DNA of 64,000 nt from Nitrososphaerales archaeon. GTDB lineage: Archaea > Thermoproteota > Nitrososphaeria > Nitrososphaerales > UBA213. A program made the position numbers and the translations under genes. The notes below the pieces were generated by a model, which saw nothing but the letters and a program-made list of their open reading frames with translations, did no database searches and had not been told where the DNA came from. Shown here one piece after another: positions 42,916 through 53,333 of the stretch. The stretch covers positions 384,001 through 448,000 of the forward strand of contig CBDAOC010000019.1 of NCBI GenBank assembly GCA_965197925.1, read 5' to 3'. Every line of letters begins with the position of its first letter. Within the stretch, counting starts at the first letter, position 1.

Positions 42916-43703
42916 CTTTCATTGGCGGATAGTTTGATTTTAGGTACATGATACATTCGCCCTAGGTTCCTGAATTTTTTGGATTACTTATTTCGTCTTT
43001 CCTTTTTGTTTGCCCTTTTTGGTTCCAGTATTATCTAGTGACCCCAATGAATTTACATACCGTGGCATGAATTGGCCAAACGCTGCGGCAAGCGGTCTGT
43101 TGGTCACCTTCCATTTGCGCATCCAGCGCTTGATATATTCAGGTGCATCTGACACACGCAATGGTGGTATATAGATACCTGTTGGTGCAGATTGATTGTT
43201 CTGAAGTTATCGGTATTAGTATCTCTGGAGAGCAGACCGCTGGTCATAGTACAAACAAGCTATGGTCATGCCGGCTCATTGAATGGAAAAGCCAGTGGTT
43301 CTAGTAGTTGGCAGTTCACAGAAAGAATACTGAATTGATTATAGCGTTGTTATATTATCATGGATGTAAGCCAGGATTTCATGCCTGGGAAGGTTCTGCA
43401 TCCAGAGGGCGATGATCTTGACTGGAATTTTATGGGTTACCCCCTTGCGTTCTATTGTGATAGAAATGTTGTCCTCCGGGAACAACATGAATCTTTCCGC
43501 TTGCCTCTTGTATTGTCTTACAGCAAGATTTAATGTGCTTTCCAGCCACCTGTTATTTTTTTTGTACAGCTTGACCTTGCCGAAACAGCATACATACCGA
43601 TTCCCGGTTACGCTGACATGATGCCTGCAGTACTCACAGAATATTATATGCTTCCGGCGATCCCTGAAGCTTGATTTGATTTTTCTGCACTTAACCTAGA
43701 TGC

Positions 43704-43985
43704 TTATTCCTGCTCACCCTTGGGAGCAAACATCTTCTTGATGCCCTTCTTGCCCTTTACATCATCGTACTCATAGCGCACCTTGGTCTGTGTCAGCTCC
43801 TTTATCAAGGCACCATTGATTGACTTGGTCGCAGTCAGTGACCTGATGAACAGGTTGTAATAATTTATTGCGAGATGTTTTAATTTGTATGGCAGTGCAT
43901 GAATCAATAACGGTATGTGTTCTATCTCAAAAACTGCCAGGGGAAGTGCATCAGTGCTTATCATTGAAGAGTAGAGTTGCCTCAT
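43704..43985 (-). CDS. Hypothetical protein (element cargo, possibly truncated)
   Basis: ORF in GC-richer element region. Confidence 0.45.
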   Translation of the reverse strand: MRQLYSSMISTDALPLAVFEIEHIPLLIHALPYKLKHLAINYYNLFIRSLTATKSINGALIKELTQTKVRYEYDDVKGKKGIKKMFAPKGEQE

Positions 43986-44150
43986 AGGGTCGGGTAGTAA
44001 CTATCGCCCTGCCTGTTGCTCTCCTGTATAAGCTCCATCAACCGATCGCTGGACAATGGTTGATATTATACAGCATATGGTTATGACGTTGAATTTTTTA
44101 CTTGAACAACCGCTCTGTTAATAGTTTATAGAGCGACCTACCAGCCCATA

Positions 44151-44498
44151 TCATTCAGGATGCCCAGCAGCGTCATGGTCCTCTCGCCGGAACGCTGTTG
44201 TTGTTGATCGCTCATAGTTCCATATCCTTGAATGTGTTCTGTAGGTATTCGCTGATCGTATCCTCGAGTTTTGGCAGCGCCTCGTTAGCCACTCCCATTG
44301 TGCGGTGCTCATTGATGACGGTCTTGTATTATCCCTGCTAGGTGGCCTGGGTAGTTCGCATCGTGCTGGTTTTGGCAGGACGCTGTTCATTGAGTTGATA
44401 CATAGCATAATATCATATACCTTCCCCTGCTGGATAGCGAATACTATACCCTGCCTGTATTGCTGTAATGCAGTAGTGAGTATCTGTAGTAAGCCCAT
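44151..44498 (-). CDS. Hypothetical protein (element cargo, probably frameshifted)
   Basis: ORF in GC-richer element region. Confidence 0.4.
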   Translation of the reverse strand: MGLLQILTTALQQYRQGIVFAIQQGKVYDIMLCINSMNSVLPKPARCELPRPPSRDNTRPSSMSTAQWEWLTRRCQNSRIRSANTYRTHSRIWNYERSTTTAFRREDHDAAGHPE

Positions 44499-44686
44499 GG
44501 GGTAGTATAGGGAGGGGAGTATATGACGTTGAATTTCTAAAACAGTAATAATATACTATATGTATATAGGGACCTCGGTCCTTCGTATCGTCTGACTACC
44601 CCCCGAAAAATGTAAATATTATTGACTTAATACTTTACTTTTAATGCATCATAGTACAGCGCTAGCACAGCACTATTAGCATAATT

Positions 44687-44767
44687 TAGGTAGCACACTT
44701 TTACGTAAAGGTGTGCTACCTAGTACACACCTTTTTGCAAAAGGTGTGCTACTAGGTGTGCTACCTA
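44687..44767. repeat. Adjacent long palindromes built from GGTGTGCTAC
   Basis: TAGGTAGCACAC-TTTTACGTAAAG-GTGTGCTACCTA; CACACCTTTT-TGC-AAAAGGTGTG. Confidence 0.8.
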
Positions 44768-45109
44768 ATTTCAAAAACCGTGCTATTTTATGCCCTATTT
44801 TATGGTAAACATAAAATACCGTGCCTGTAAAATGCTAATAGTACTATTCTAGATCTGTTTCGGTATAAACAATTAGGCTATGATGTTAATTTTCGGATAA
44901 GCTCTTATTTTAGGTGGCATGCCTCCTGTTCAAATTTCAATGACGCGGAATGGAATAAGGTCAGGGCTGGAGTATGTATTGGGGACGTAGTTTATGATTT
45001 TAAAAATGAACGGACATTATATCTAGGAACAGTTGATGAAGGAGGGCGAAGAGAGAAGAGTCTATTCATTCTTAACGGATCACATCATCGCAGTCATCAT
45101 AAATCTAAT

Positions 45110-45934
45110 ATGAAAAGTGAGAGTCTTATGTTTATAGACGATGAAGGAGTGTATACACCGGCAACAATCGGAAAATCTTTGAAGCACTATGTTCCCACCA
45201 TACATGCGGCTTTTGTGTTTGAGCCAATATTGGATTTAGAGGAAGATTTAGGATTTAAAATATTGAAGAAAATACCGCAAGGAAGCAAGGTTCATAGAAT
45301 TGTAATAATGGATGGTGCCAATAAGTTAGGTGTTAGGGAAACTTTTTCCCCTAAAGAGATAACACTACAGGAAGGAGACGTTGTTGAGTGGACCAGCAAA
45401 GAAAAAATATCTGCTCATGTCTTGATGAGCGGATCACATAGCAATTGGAAAAGCATGGGAAAGACCTTCATAAGTCCTATGATAAAGCCGGAAGGAGTGT
45501 TTAGATGGCAATTTAACACATTTGGTGAGTTTCGATATTGTAGCGCTACCTACAAGCATGTAGAAGGTAAGATTATAGTTAAACATGTAACTGTAATTCC
45601 ACCTCCGGGAAAAGCTGCTATTTCTATAGCGATAAAGATGACCAAGAAATTAACCCTATTGGCAGTCAAAAACAATGATGAATTCCCAATTTATGGTCTT
45701 GAGTTAAAATCTACCAATGGTGGTATAAGGCATGTTAAAGCAAGAGCCAAAGGCTGGGGGAGAAGAAGGGTGGACCCGAATACCGTGATTATACAAACAG
45801 ATGACGAACCTATAACCAAAGGGAGAAGGTTGATAGTTTTGCTATTACCAAGCGGAAAAATTGCAGATTTGGAATGGAAAGCTTTTGACTCAGGAAATAA
45901 CAATATTGCTACTGGAGTATTACCTGCAGAATGA
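45110..45934 (+). CDS. Multi-domain protein with cupredoxin (plastocyanin-like) domain
   Basis: FSPKEITLQEGDVVEW....AH...SG...F.SPMIKP...F.WQF...GEFRYC......G.I.V. Confidence 0.7.
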   Translation: MKSESLMFIDDEGVYTPATIGKSLKHYVPTIHAAFVFEPILDLEEDLGFKILKKIPQGSKVHRIVIMDGANKLGVRETFSPKEITLQEGDVVEWTSKEKISAHVLMSGSHSNWKSMGKTFISPMIKPEGVFRWQFNTFGEFRYCSATYKHVEGKIIVKHVTVIPPPGKAAISIAIKMTKKLTLLAVKNNDEFPIYGLELKSTNGGIRHVKARAKGWGRRRVDPNTVIIQTDDEPITKGRRLIVLLLPSGKIADLEWKAFDSGNNNIATGVLPAE

Positions 45935-46334
45935 TAGAAATTACTAGACTGGCATAGACGTCGTCATATATTCTCAGTATAGGTGGCTGTCATTCAATTG
46001 AGAGGGATAATTTGTGATGAAAGAAGTCCTTTAACAATTAGTGACTATCAAGATAGGTAATCACTAGAGTATATACTTTCAAACTTCTTTTCTAGCAGTA
46101 AGGCGGTCTACCTTTTCTTCTATGAACTCTACGTTTCTAACAGCCCCCATTTCCTATATTTATTTTCTGACTTCCCGTATCTCTTAAAAGTGCCCAATTA
46201 AAATAACCCAAAGAGTCATAAATTCAGTATTGTTACATTAATTCCCCTTAGGACAGCTAGATTAAATCAAAAGACTTTAAGAACATAAGGATTGTTTTGA
46301 AAACAATCTTAAATACGAATCCACAAGTTCCATT

Positions 46335-47108
46335 ATGCACACAGAACTAATCCCAATCAAAATAGATTTGAAGGAAAATGTGTTTGATTTGTTTGAAACT
46401 ATAGTGCAGAGCATAAAACAAAGTGGCGATCAGATATGTGACAGAGATATCATTGTTATATCAAGCAAATTTGTAGCTGTGAGTCAAGGATCTGTTGTTA
46501 AATTGAGTTCAGTAATTCCCAGTGAAAGGGCAGATCGGATGGCTGAAAAATTTACAATGGATCCTAGAGTTGTAGAGATTGTATTGCAGGAATCAGATAC
46601 TATCCTCAATGGTATCGAAGGTTTCATACTCGCGGTCAAAGATGGTGTTATTGCCCCAAATGCAGGAATTGATAGATCCAATGTTCAACAAGGTCATGTC
46701 GTACTACACCCTAGAGATCCATTCAATATGGCACGAACGTTGAGAAGGAAGTTTTTTGAGAATTTGGGCAAACATGTTGGTATAGTATTATCAGACAGTA
46801 GATTAATGCCTATGCGAATTGGAACGATCGGTATTGCAGTTGCAGTTGCAGGTTTTGAACCAACTCAAGATTTACGCGGTAAGGAAGATCTGTTTGGCAA
46901 TATTCTAAGAGTGACACTCAAAGCCACGGCTGACAGCATTGCAACTTCAGCAAATATGATTATGGGAGAAAGTAGTGAATCTATTCCTTTGGTAATAGTG
47001 AGAAATTTCAAAGTGAAGATGAGTGATAACTCCTATTGCTGGAAGGATCTTGCCATATCGAACGAACAATGTATTTATATCAGGGGATTGAGTAGGGGTG
47101 AGAATTGA
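46335..47108 (+). CDS. cofE: Coenzyme F420-0:L-glutamate ligase
   Basis: DIIVISSKFV, NAGIDRSN, SDSR..PMR.G, DLRG..DLFG, MGE..E. Confidence 0.93.
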   Translation: MHTELIPIKIDLKENVFDLFETIVQSIKQSGDQICDRDIIVISSKFVAVSQGSVVKLSSVIPSERADRMAEKFTMDPRVVEIVLQESDTILNGIEGFILAVKDGVIAPNAGIDRSNVQQGHVVLHPRDPFNMARTLRRKFFENLGKHVGIVLSDSRLMPMRIGTIGIAVAVAGFEPTQDLRGKEDLFGNILRVTLKATADSIATSANMIMGESSESIPLVIVRNFKVKMSDNSYCWKDLAISNEQCIYIRGLSRGEN

Positions 47109-47186
47109 TTTGAGGCCATACTTATTATGCCAGGTATCATATAATACAGGCACAGCATTTTAATATGCCAATAAAGTAGGCTGGAT

Positions 47187-47738
47187 ATGAGTGATTATTC
47201 GTTACTGTATCCCAAGACAGTAGGATTGATGAAAGGACTTATTGATCTGATTAAGAATGATGAGGTGCATATGGAATCTTTGAACTTGATTGTAAGGAAG
47301 AAAGCTGAAGATATAGTACGTATCTTACTATCTGAGGGGTTTCATAGACTCAAATTCTGCGAAAGCAAAAAACCGATGCAAATAGGAAGTGGTTTTACAA
47401 AGATGTTAGATAGAACTTGGGAAATACACGTGAGACTGATTGATATGAAGGAGGGTCTTGTTGCAATTCAGGGAGAAATAGAAATTTCCAGAAGATATGT
47501 CCAACACGTAGTTAGTAGCAGAACTCCGGTAATATATGAACTTGTTAATATATTGAAGAAAAATAGCATTGATTACAGTATATGGAATAATAAGATAAAT
47601 GATTATGTTGCAAACATTTTTGATAACCATCAGATAAAAATGAAAGGTATACAAGTTCCAGTCCCGTGGATACCTGTATGTGTAATTTTCCCTTCTATAG
47701 GCTTATGGTTTCTGCTTAAGTACCTAGGTGTGTTTTAG
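47187..47738 (+). CDS. Hypothetical protein with C-terminal TM anchor
   Basis: Clean ORF, hydrophobic C-terminus. Confidence 0.65.
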   Translation: MSDYSLLYPKTVGLMKGLIDLIKNDEVHMESLNLIVRKKAEDIVRILLSEGFHRLKFCESKKPMQIGSGFTKMLDRTWEIHVRLIDMKEGLVAIQGEIEISRRYVQHVVSSRTPVIYELVNILKKNSIDYSIWNNKINDYVANIFDNHQIKMKGIQVPVPWIPVCVIFPSIGLWFLLKYLGVF

Positions 47739-47775
47739 AGAAGACTCATAACGTAAGCACCCATTTTACTTTGTA

Positions 47776-48303
47776 TTGAGCGAATGCGGTGGATCTATTA
47801 TTATGCAATATTCAGGTTTATCATTGGGAGAAATTGAAGTACTCTTCACTATGCTGCAAGATACCTTCCCCGTTAGTGATCAAATTGAAGAAATATCTGA
47901 TGAAAGAAATGTGAGCGAGGTCAAACTTTCCTTCCCACTGTCATATAACGAGGAATTCTTCAGAATGTTTGGGATAGACAGATGGGAGGGGCTCAAGGGA
48001 GTTTTGAAAAATATTAAATGGCGTAGAGGAAAGAAACCTATAAAACTCGTATTAAGCTTTGGAAGTAACCCAACAGTGTTATTTGTTATTTGTACTGATA
48101 ATAACAAAATGTTTGGGAAGGCGTTAGATACTCTAGAATATCTTGTAGATTTAATACTATTACAGATAGATGCAAAAAAATTGCCCTCGAACACGAAAGA
48201 GATACATTATAAGTGTGATAAAAATGATTATAGATGGCACCCAAATAAGGCGATAGGTGACAAGGAATATATCTTTCTCAGAGATGAATGGACTCAAATG
48301 TAG
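47776..48303 (+). CDS. Hypothetical protein
   Basis: Clean 175-aa ORF. Confidence 0.65.
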   Translation: MSECGGSIIMQYSGLSLGEIEVLFTMLQDTFPVSDQIEEISDERNVSEVKLSFPLSYNEEFFRMFGIDRWEGLKGVLKNIKWRRGKKPIKLVLSFGSNPTVLFVICTDNNKMFGKALDTLEYLVDLILLQIDAKKLPSNTKEIHYKCDKNDYRWHPNKAIGDKEYIFLRDEWTQM

Positions 48304-48548
48304 TTTCGAAAACTTTGTTTATATTTCTTATTAATCTTCCTGGATTCAATTGTTATTTTATACGGATAATCTATTCTCAATCGATACATTTGTTAGGAAA
48401 TAACTTACTGAAACTTTAGGAATCTTCTTTAGGGTTCTTACTACCAAATATTTCAGGAAACAAAACTATTGGATGCAAGCAAGATAACAATGTATTTCGT
48501 GAGCAGTTTGGAACTAAAGTCGAAACATGGGAGAAAAGTTTATGGTTG

Positions 48549-50544
48549 TTTAAATAATTGAGGCTTGGGCATAATTCAATAATAATAATATTTGATATTG
48601 TTTCTTTAGCTTCCCAACATGTGCTTCAATGCCCTTAATGGTCTTCCTGTCAAGTAGTTGTAGTATACCATCAGCTGGTATAGCAATATAGAAATCAGAA
48701 CGATGCTCCTAGCTTTATCGAACCCTCTAACAGGTAGTGGGTCTATATCAAATACATCCTTTATCTACTCTATCAATGGTTCAACGCTTATGCTCCTCCG
48801 AGAATATACATGCTGTCCAAATTCAGATTGATAGAACTGCAGCAATGCCAGTCTATTATTATCTGTAGAAGTCATCCCAATACTCTCCAATACATCATAA
48901 TCGACGAAATGATAACAAATGCCAGATAGTTTTGTGCATTCTTCTCATATCTGATCCTGGTTCTGTGGAACCCATTCTTCAACCAGGCAAAGAATCTCTC
49001 CACAACATAGCGCGTCTTGCCGTATAGGTATTGTTCTGTATCATCATTTTGTTGTTGTGTCTTACTGTTTTTTCTGTAAGGTATGCAGTCAGAGATTTTT
49101 CTTTTGGTGAGGTATTTCCTGATGAATTCTGCATCATAGCCCTTGTCTGCTTGGCACCGCGCAATTTTTCTGATAGATCTCTCATCCAGATATTGTGAGA
49201 TGCCATCCATCACGTCTACAAATCTTGCAGAGTCATGCTGATTTGCAGGATCCATCACTACTGAGACTGGCAGTCCGTTTTGTTCCACCGCAACGTGTAT
49301 TTTTGTGCCTGAAATCCTGTTGAATCCGTTGTATCTTATGACGCTTCCCCTTTTTTGGCCGGAACTGATGACGAATCGACCGTTTTTTGCAGCTGCATCT
49401 TGCCTGATCTGTGGGCTGATTTGACTGCAGCGGAGAGGATATTCTTCCATATTCCACGTCGCTGCCAGTTCTGCAGTCTGCGGTGCGCAGTTGATTTGGA
49501 GCCGTACCTTTGTGACATCCCAGTCCACCTGCATCCTGTTATCCCGACAAACAGGATTCCGTTGACTGTCTTTCTGTCGTCTGCCCTTGGCCTTCCGGTT
49601 CTGGCTGGCTTGGGGAGATGCGGTGATATCATCTTCCATTGTTCACCTGTTATCTCCTGAAATTTCATGATCTGCTACGGGCAGCATTGCAAATAGATCC
49701 AAATGATCGTCAATTATTCACTAAGTGATCAGTTTTGGGATCAGTTGGTAGTATGCCTATACCTTTCCAATGGGAATACTGGATGCCCTCTATACCTGCT
49801 GAAATCACATAACTTGTGATCATCATATCCTTCATCTCCTACAACATACCTTACCATTCCTGTAGGCAATGAAGATGTTATGCTTTCATACATCTTGTTA
49901 TCAGTAATGTTAGCTGTTGTGAAATCAGCTGATAATGGAACTATCAATGAACCTGTGCTACATGCTAGATGCAGTTTGTATCCGAATATCCATCCCTTGG
50001 TTCTGCTGTAGCCCCATCGAGCATCTGTATCTATACCGGAGCGTGGCACTTCATTCTTCTTCATGTTTGATCTATGCCATACATGTCCCTTTGCTTTCAA
50101 CAAGGAACTATCAACGGATACTATGGCTGGGTCTACCAACCCATCTTTTATGAAGAGCATACCCATAACATCTATCCTTGATCTTATGTCAATTGATATG
50201 GCCTTGAACCTTCTATCAAACGTCCTTCTGTCTGGCAACCTATCAAGACCACATGCCTTCATTACCTTCCTGTTGTATGGCATGTCTATCGAAAAATATT
50301 GATGCAAAGCATTGTTGCTTGGTATTCTTATCCATACTCTAACGATGAAGCATCTCACCATTACTGTAGGAGAATAGTAGAATGGTCTACCCCTTTTCCT
50401 ATTTGGTTTTGACTAGAATCACGTCAATCAAAAATAATATACGAAGGAGTATAGAGTCTGAGCTAAACATATTACCAATGAAAATTGAAACCTGATCTTA
50501 TCGTTTCGATCGGCTTAATTATGCCCAAGCCTCAATTATTTAAA
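48549..50544 (-). mobile_element. IS element (DDE transposase) interrupted by a nested IS5
   Basis: 28-bp perfect inverted repeat TTTAAATAATTGAGGCTTGGGCATAATT at 48549-48576 and 50517-50544; N-part 49751-50361; C-part about 48606-48867 (SVEPLIE*IKDVFDIDPLPVRG). Confidence 0.88.
48868..49747 (-). mobile_element. IS5-family element (two overlapping ORFs) nested in the host IS
   Basis: Imperfect TIRs GAAGTCATCCCAATAC / GTTTTGGGATCAGTTG, GTA target duplication; related to the 10106 family. Confidence 0.88.
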
Positions 50545-50563
50545 AGTAATAAATTTTTTGATG

Positions 50564-51376
50564 CTATATCCTTATATCAATATTGTTCATTTGAAGATAT
50601 TCCTTTACCTGTGAGACTGTATATCTTTCATAATGAAAGATAGATGCTGCCAATGCTGCATCTGCATCTCCCCTATTGAACACATCGAGTATATGCTTTG
50701 GTTCACCACATCCACCCGATGCTATTACAGGTATATTGACAGCATTGCTTATCGATTTAGTTAAATCCACATCATAACCATTATTTGTACCATCTGTATC
50801 GATACTTGTTAACAATATCTCTCCTGCACCCAACTGTTCTGCTTTTCTTGCCCAGGTAATCGCATCAATCCCTGTTGATTTCTTTCCACCAAAGATGTAA
50901 ACTTCATACCAGAACTTCTTTCGGCTTCCCTTCTTAATGTTCTTCTTATTAAAATCAACTAATGTACGCTTCGCATCAATAGCAACAACTACACACTGTT
51001 TTCCAAAAATTTTCTGTAATTTGGTAATTAAATCAGGATTACTGACAGCTGCAGTGTTTATTGATACTTTGTCCGCTCCCCGAAGTAGAATATTTCTACC
51101 ATCTTCCATATTGCTTATTCCACCTCCTACAGTGAACGGAATATCTATCACTGTAGCAACTTCTTTCACAATATTCCACATTATCTTCCTCCGCTGTTCA
51201 GAGGCAGTTATATCCAAAAAAACAAGTTCATCTGCACCTTCCTCACTATAGCGTCTTGCAAGCTGGACGGGGTCTCCACTATCCTTTGGATTATTGAAAT
51301 GAATCCCTTTCACAACTCTCCCATTGTCCACGTCTAAACATGGGATTATTCTTTTTGCTAAGGTCATAATTTTCAC
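50564..51376 (-). CDS. hisF: Imidazole glycerol phosphate synthase cyclase subunit
   Basis: [35 protein letters not shown]. Confidence 0.96.
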   Translation of the reverse strand: MKIMTLAKRIIPCLDVDNGRVVKGIHFNNPKDSGDPVQLARRYSEEGADELVFLDITASEQRRKIMWNIVKEVATVIDIPFTVGGGISNMEDGRNILLRGADKVSINTAAVSNPDLITKLQKIFGKQCVVVAIDAKRTLVDFNKKNIKKGSRKKFWYEVYIFGGKKSTGIDAITWARKAEQLGAGEILLTSIDTDGTNNGYDVDLTKSISNAVNIPVIASGGCGEPKHILDVFNRGDADAALAASIFHYERYTVSQVKEYLQMNNIDIRI

Positions 51377-52104
51377 ATAGTGTTGCTATTAGTTATAGCC
51401 CTAATGCTCTTAATGTTTATCTTTCCATCATAAAGTGCTTTACCAAGTATTACTGCATAAGCACCCATTTTCTTCACTTTTATTATATCTTCGTCCTCCG
51501 AGATACCACCGCTAGCAATAATATTTACATTTTTGAAACTACATGCTTTATTCAGTATATCAAAATCTGGGCCCAACAACATACCGTCTCTTTCTATGCT
51601 TGTGAGTAGAAAGTAATTTACACCAATTTCGTTGTATTTTTTAATTGCATCAAAAATGTTGATACAGGCCGAATTCCTCCAACCATTTATCATTACCATA
51701 TTGTCTTTTTGATCTATAGCGAGAACTATTCTATCACTCCCAAACTCTATTGTAAGTTTTTCAACTATTCTTGGATCCTTATATGCTAGTGTACCTATCA
51801 CGATCTTATCTACAACCTTCAACAATTTTTGAGCAAGTTCAAAACTTCTAATTCCACCTGCAAACTGAACAGGTATGTTGACCTTTTCAATTATTTTGTT
51901 CGCCACTTCAAGATTATTACCACTCGTTAGGGTCGCATCCAGATCTACTATATGCAATGATTGGATCCCCTCTCTCTCCCACTTCTCCGCAATGCCTATT
52001 GGATCATTGCTGTATACTACTTTTTTGTTAGGATTCCCCTTTGCAAGCCTAACAACCTTTCCCTCAAACAAGTCAATTGCAGCAAATACCTTCAGGTTTA
52101 GCAC
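51373..52104 (-). CDS. hisA: ProFAR isomerase
   Basis: AIDL..GKVVRL..G, HIVDLD, GGIRS, DG.L.GPD. Confidence 0.94.
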   Translation of the reverse strand: MLNLKVFAAIDLFEGKVVRLAKGNPNKKVVYSNDPIGIAEKWEREGIQSLHIVDLDATLTSGNNLEVANKIIEKVNIPVQFAGGIRSFELAQKLLKVVDKIVIGTLAYKDPRIVEKLTIEFGSDRIVLAIDQKDNMVMINGWRNSACINIFDAIKKYNEIGVNYFLLTSIERDGMLLGPDFDILNKACSFKNVNIIASGGISEDEDIIKVKKMGAYAVILGKALYDGKINIKSIRAITNSNTM

Positions 52105-52697
52105 TCTCGTAAAAAGTTTTTCAACATTAACGCACCAGCCCTACTAGATTTTTCAGGGTGAAATTGCGTGCCAAAGAAATTCTCAAATTCTATTACTGCT
52201 GGAAACTCTATTCCATATTCAGACTCTGCAACTATAACCTTGCTGTTTCTTGGCTTAACATAGTAAGAGTGCACGAAGTAGAACCAATTGTTGTCATTCA
52301 AACCTTTTAGTAGTCTACTATCTTTAACTAGCCTGATCTTATTCCATCCCATATGAGGTATTTTCTTTTTCTTAGGTAACAATACCACTTCACCATCAAG
52401 TATGCTCAAACCCTTCATCCTACCTTCTTCGCTTTCATTAAAAATTATTTCCATACCCAAGCAAATACCTAAGATAGGGATACTATCTTTAATTATACCA
52501 TGAATTTGCTTCGTATAATTCCTTATACTCTTTATAGCGGGATCAAAAGTACCAACCCCTGGTAAAATCAACCCGTTGAATTTATTTAGATCTAGAATCT
52601 CATGTATTATTTGTACTTCTGCATTTAGTCGTTCGAGTGCAACTTTGAGACTGAATAGATTACCAGATCCGAAATCAAATATCGCTACATTGACCAA
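52098..52697 (-). CDS. hisH: IGP synthase glutamine amidotransferase subunit
   Basis: GNLFS, LPGVG, GICLGM, QFHPEKS. Confidence 0.95.
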   Translation of the reverse strand: MVNVAIFDFGSGNLFSLKVALERLNAEVQIIHEILDLNKFNGLILPGVGTFDPAIKSIRNYTKQIHGIIKDSIPILGICLGMEIIFNESEEGRMKGLSILDGEVVLLPKKKKIPHMGWNKIRLVKDSRLLKGLNDNNWFYFVHSYYVKPRNSKVIVAESEYGIEFPAVIEFENFFGTQFHPEKSSRAGALMLKNFLREC

Positions 52698-53333
52698 TTA
52701 CATCGAACCTTTTGTACTTGGAATAAATCTTCCCTTCTTATCTATATTAATTGCTTCACGTAATGCTACAGCAAGTGCCTTAACTGCAGCTTCCACTTTG
52801 TGGTGATCACTTTCCCCATATTGGACAGTGATATGTATACAGGCATTTACATTCTGTACAAACGTTCGGAAGAAATGCTCTAGATCTTCTTTCGACATTC
52901 CTTCAATATTCATTCTACTTAACTTCAGATCTATTAGGTAGTAGTCTCTCTTTATCAAGTCTATGGCAGCATAAGCTAGCGAATCATCCATGGGGACTAT
53001 GGCATGACCAAAGCGATACACTCTAGATCTATCGCCTAGTGCTTTATCTATAGCTCTTGCAAAAGTTATTGCAACATCTTCAACTATATGGTGGATTATT
53101 CTATCCTTTGATCTTGCTACTATTTTCAGATTCATCATTGCATGCCTCGCTATACTACCTACAAGGTGATCAAGGAATGGGATGGTAGTTTCTATACTAC
53201 TATTACCCTTGCCATCTATGTTCAGCTCCACTTGAACAGATGTTTCCTTTGTAATCCTCTCGAGTTTGCTTCTTCTCAAACGATAGATTGTGATCCAACC
53301 CACTAAAAAGTATTTGGTGGGATTAATGCTCAA
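52698..53333 (-). CDS. hisB: Imidazoleglycerol-phosphate dehydratase (start probably TTG at 53279)
   Basis: R.TKET, HH.VED, PMDD, DHHKVEA, PSTKG. Confidence 0.94.
   Translation of the reverse strand: MSINPTKYFLVGWITIYRLRRSKLERITKETSVQVELNIDGKGNSSIETTIPFLDHLVGSIARHAMMNLKIVARSKDRIIHHIVEDVAITFARAIDKALGDRSRVYRFGHAIVPMDDSLAYAAIDLIKRDYYLIDLKLSRMNIEGMSKEDLEHFFRTFVQNVNACIHITVQYGESDHHKVEAAVKALAVALREAINIDKKGRFIPSTKGSM

Noticed and set aside
40408..44850. Casposon or complete provirus
   Set aside because: No Cas1, PolB, capsid, terminase or packaging ATPase was recognisable.
48872..49639. Single 255-aa transposase ORF as given in the track
   Set aside because: Its N-terminal part is an off-frame reading of orfA (49336-49668); only the C-terminal part is orfB.
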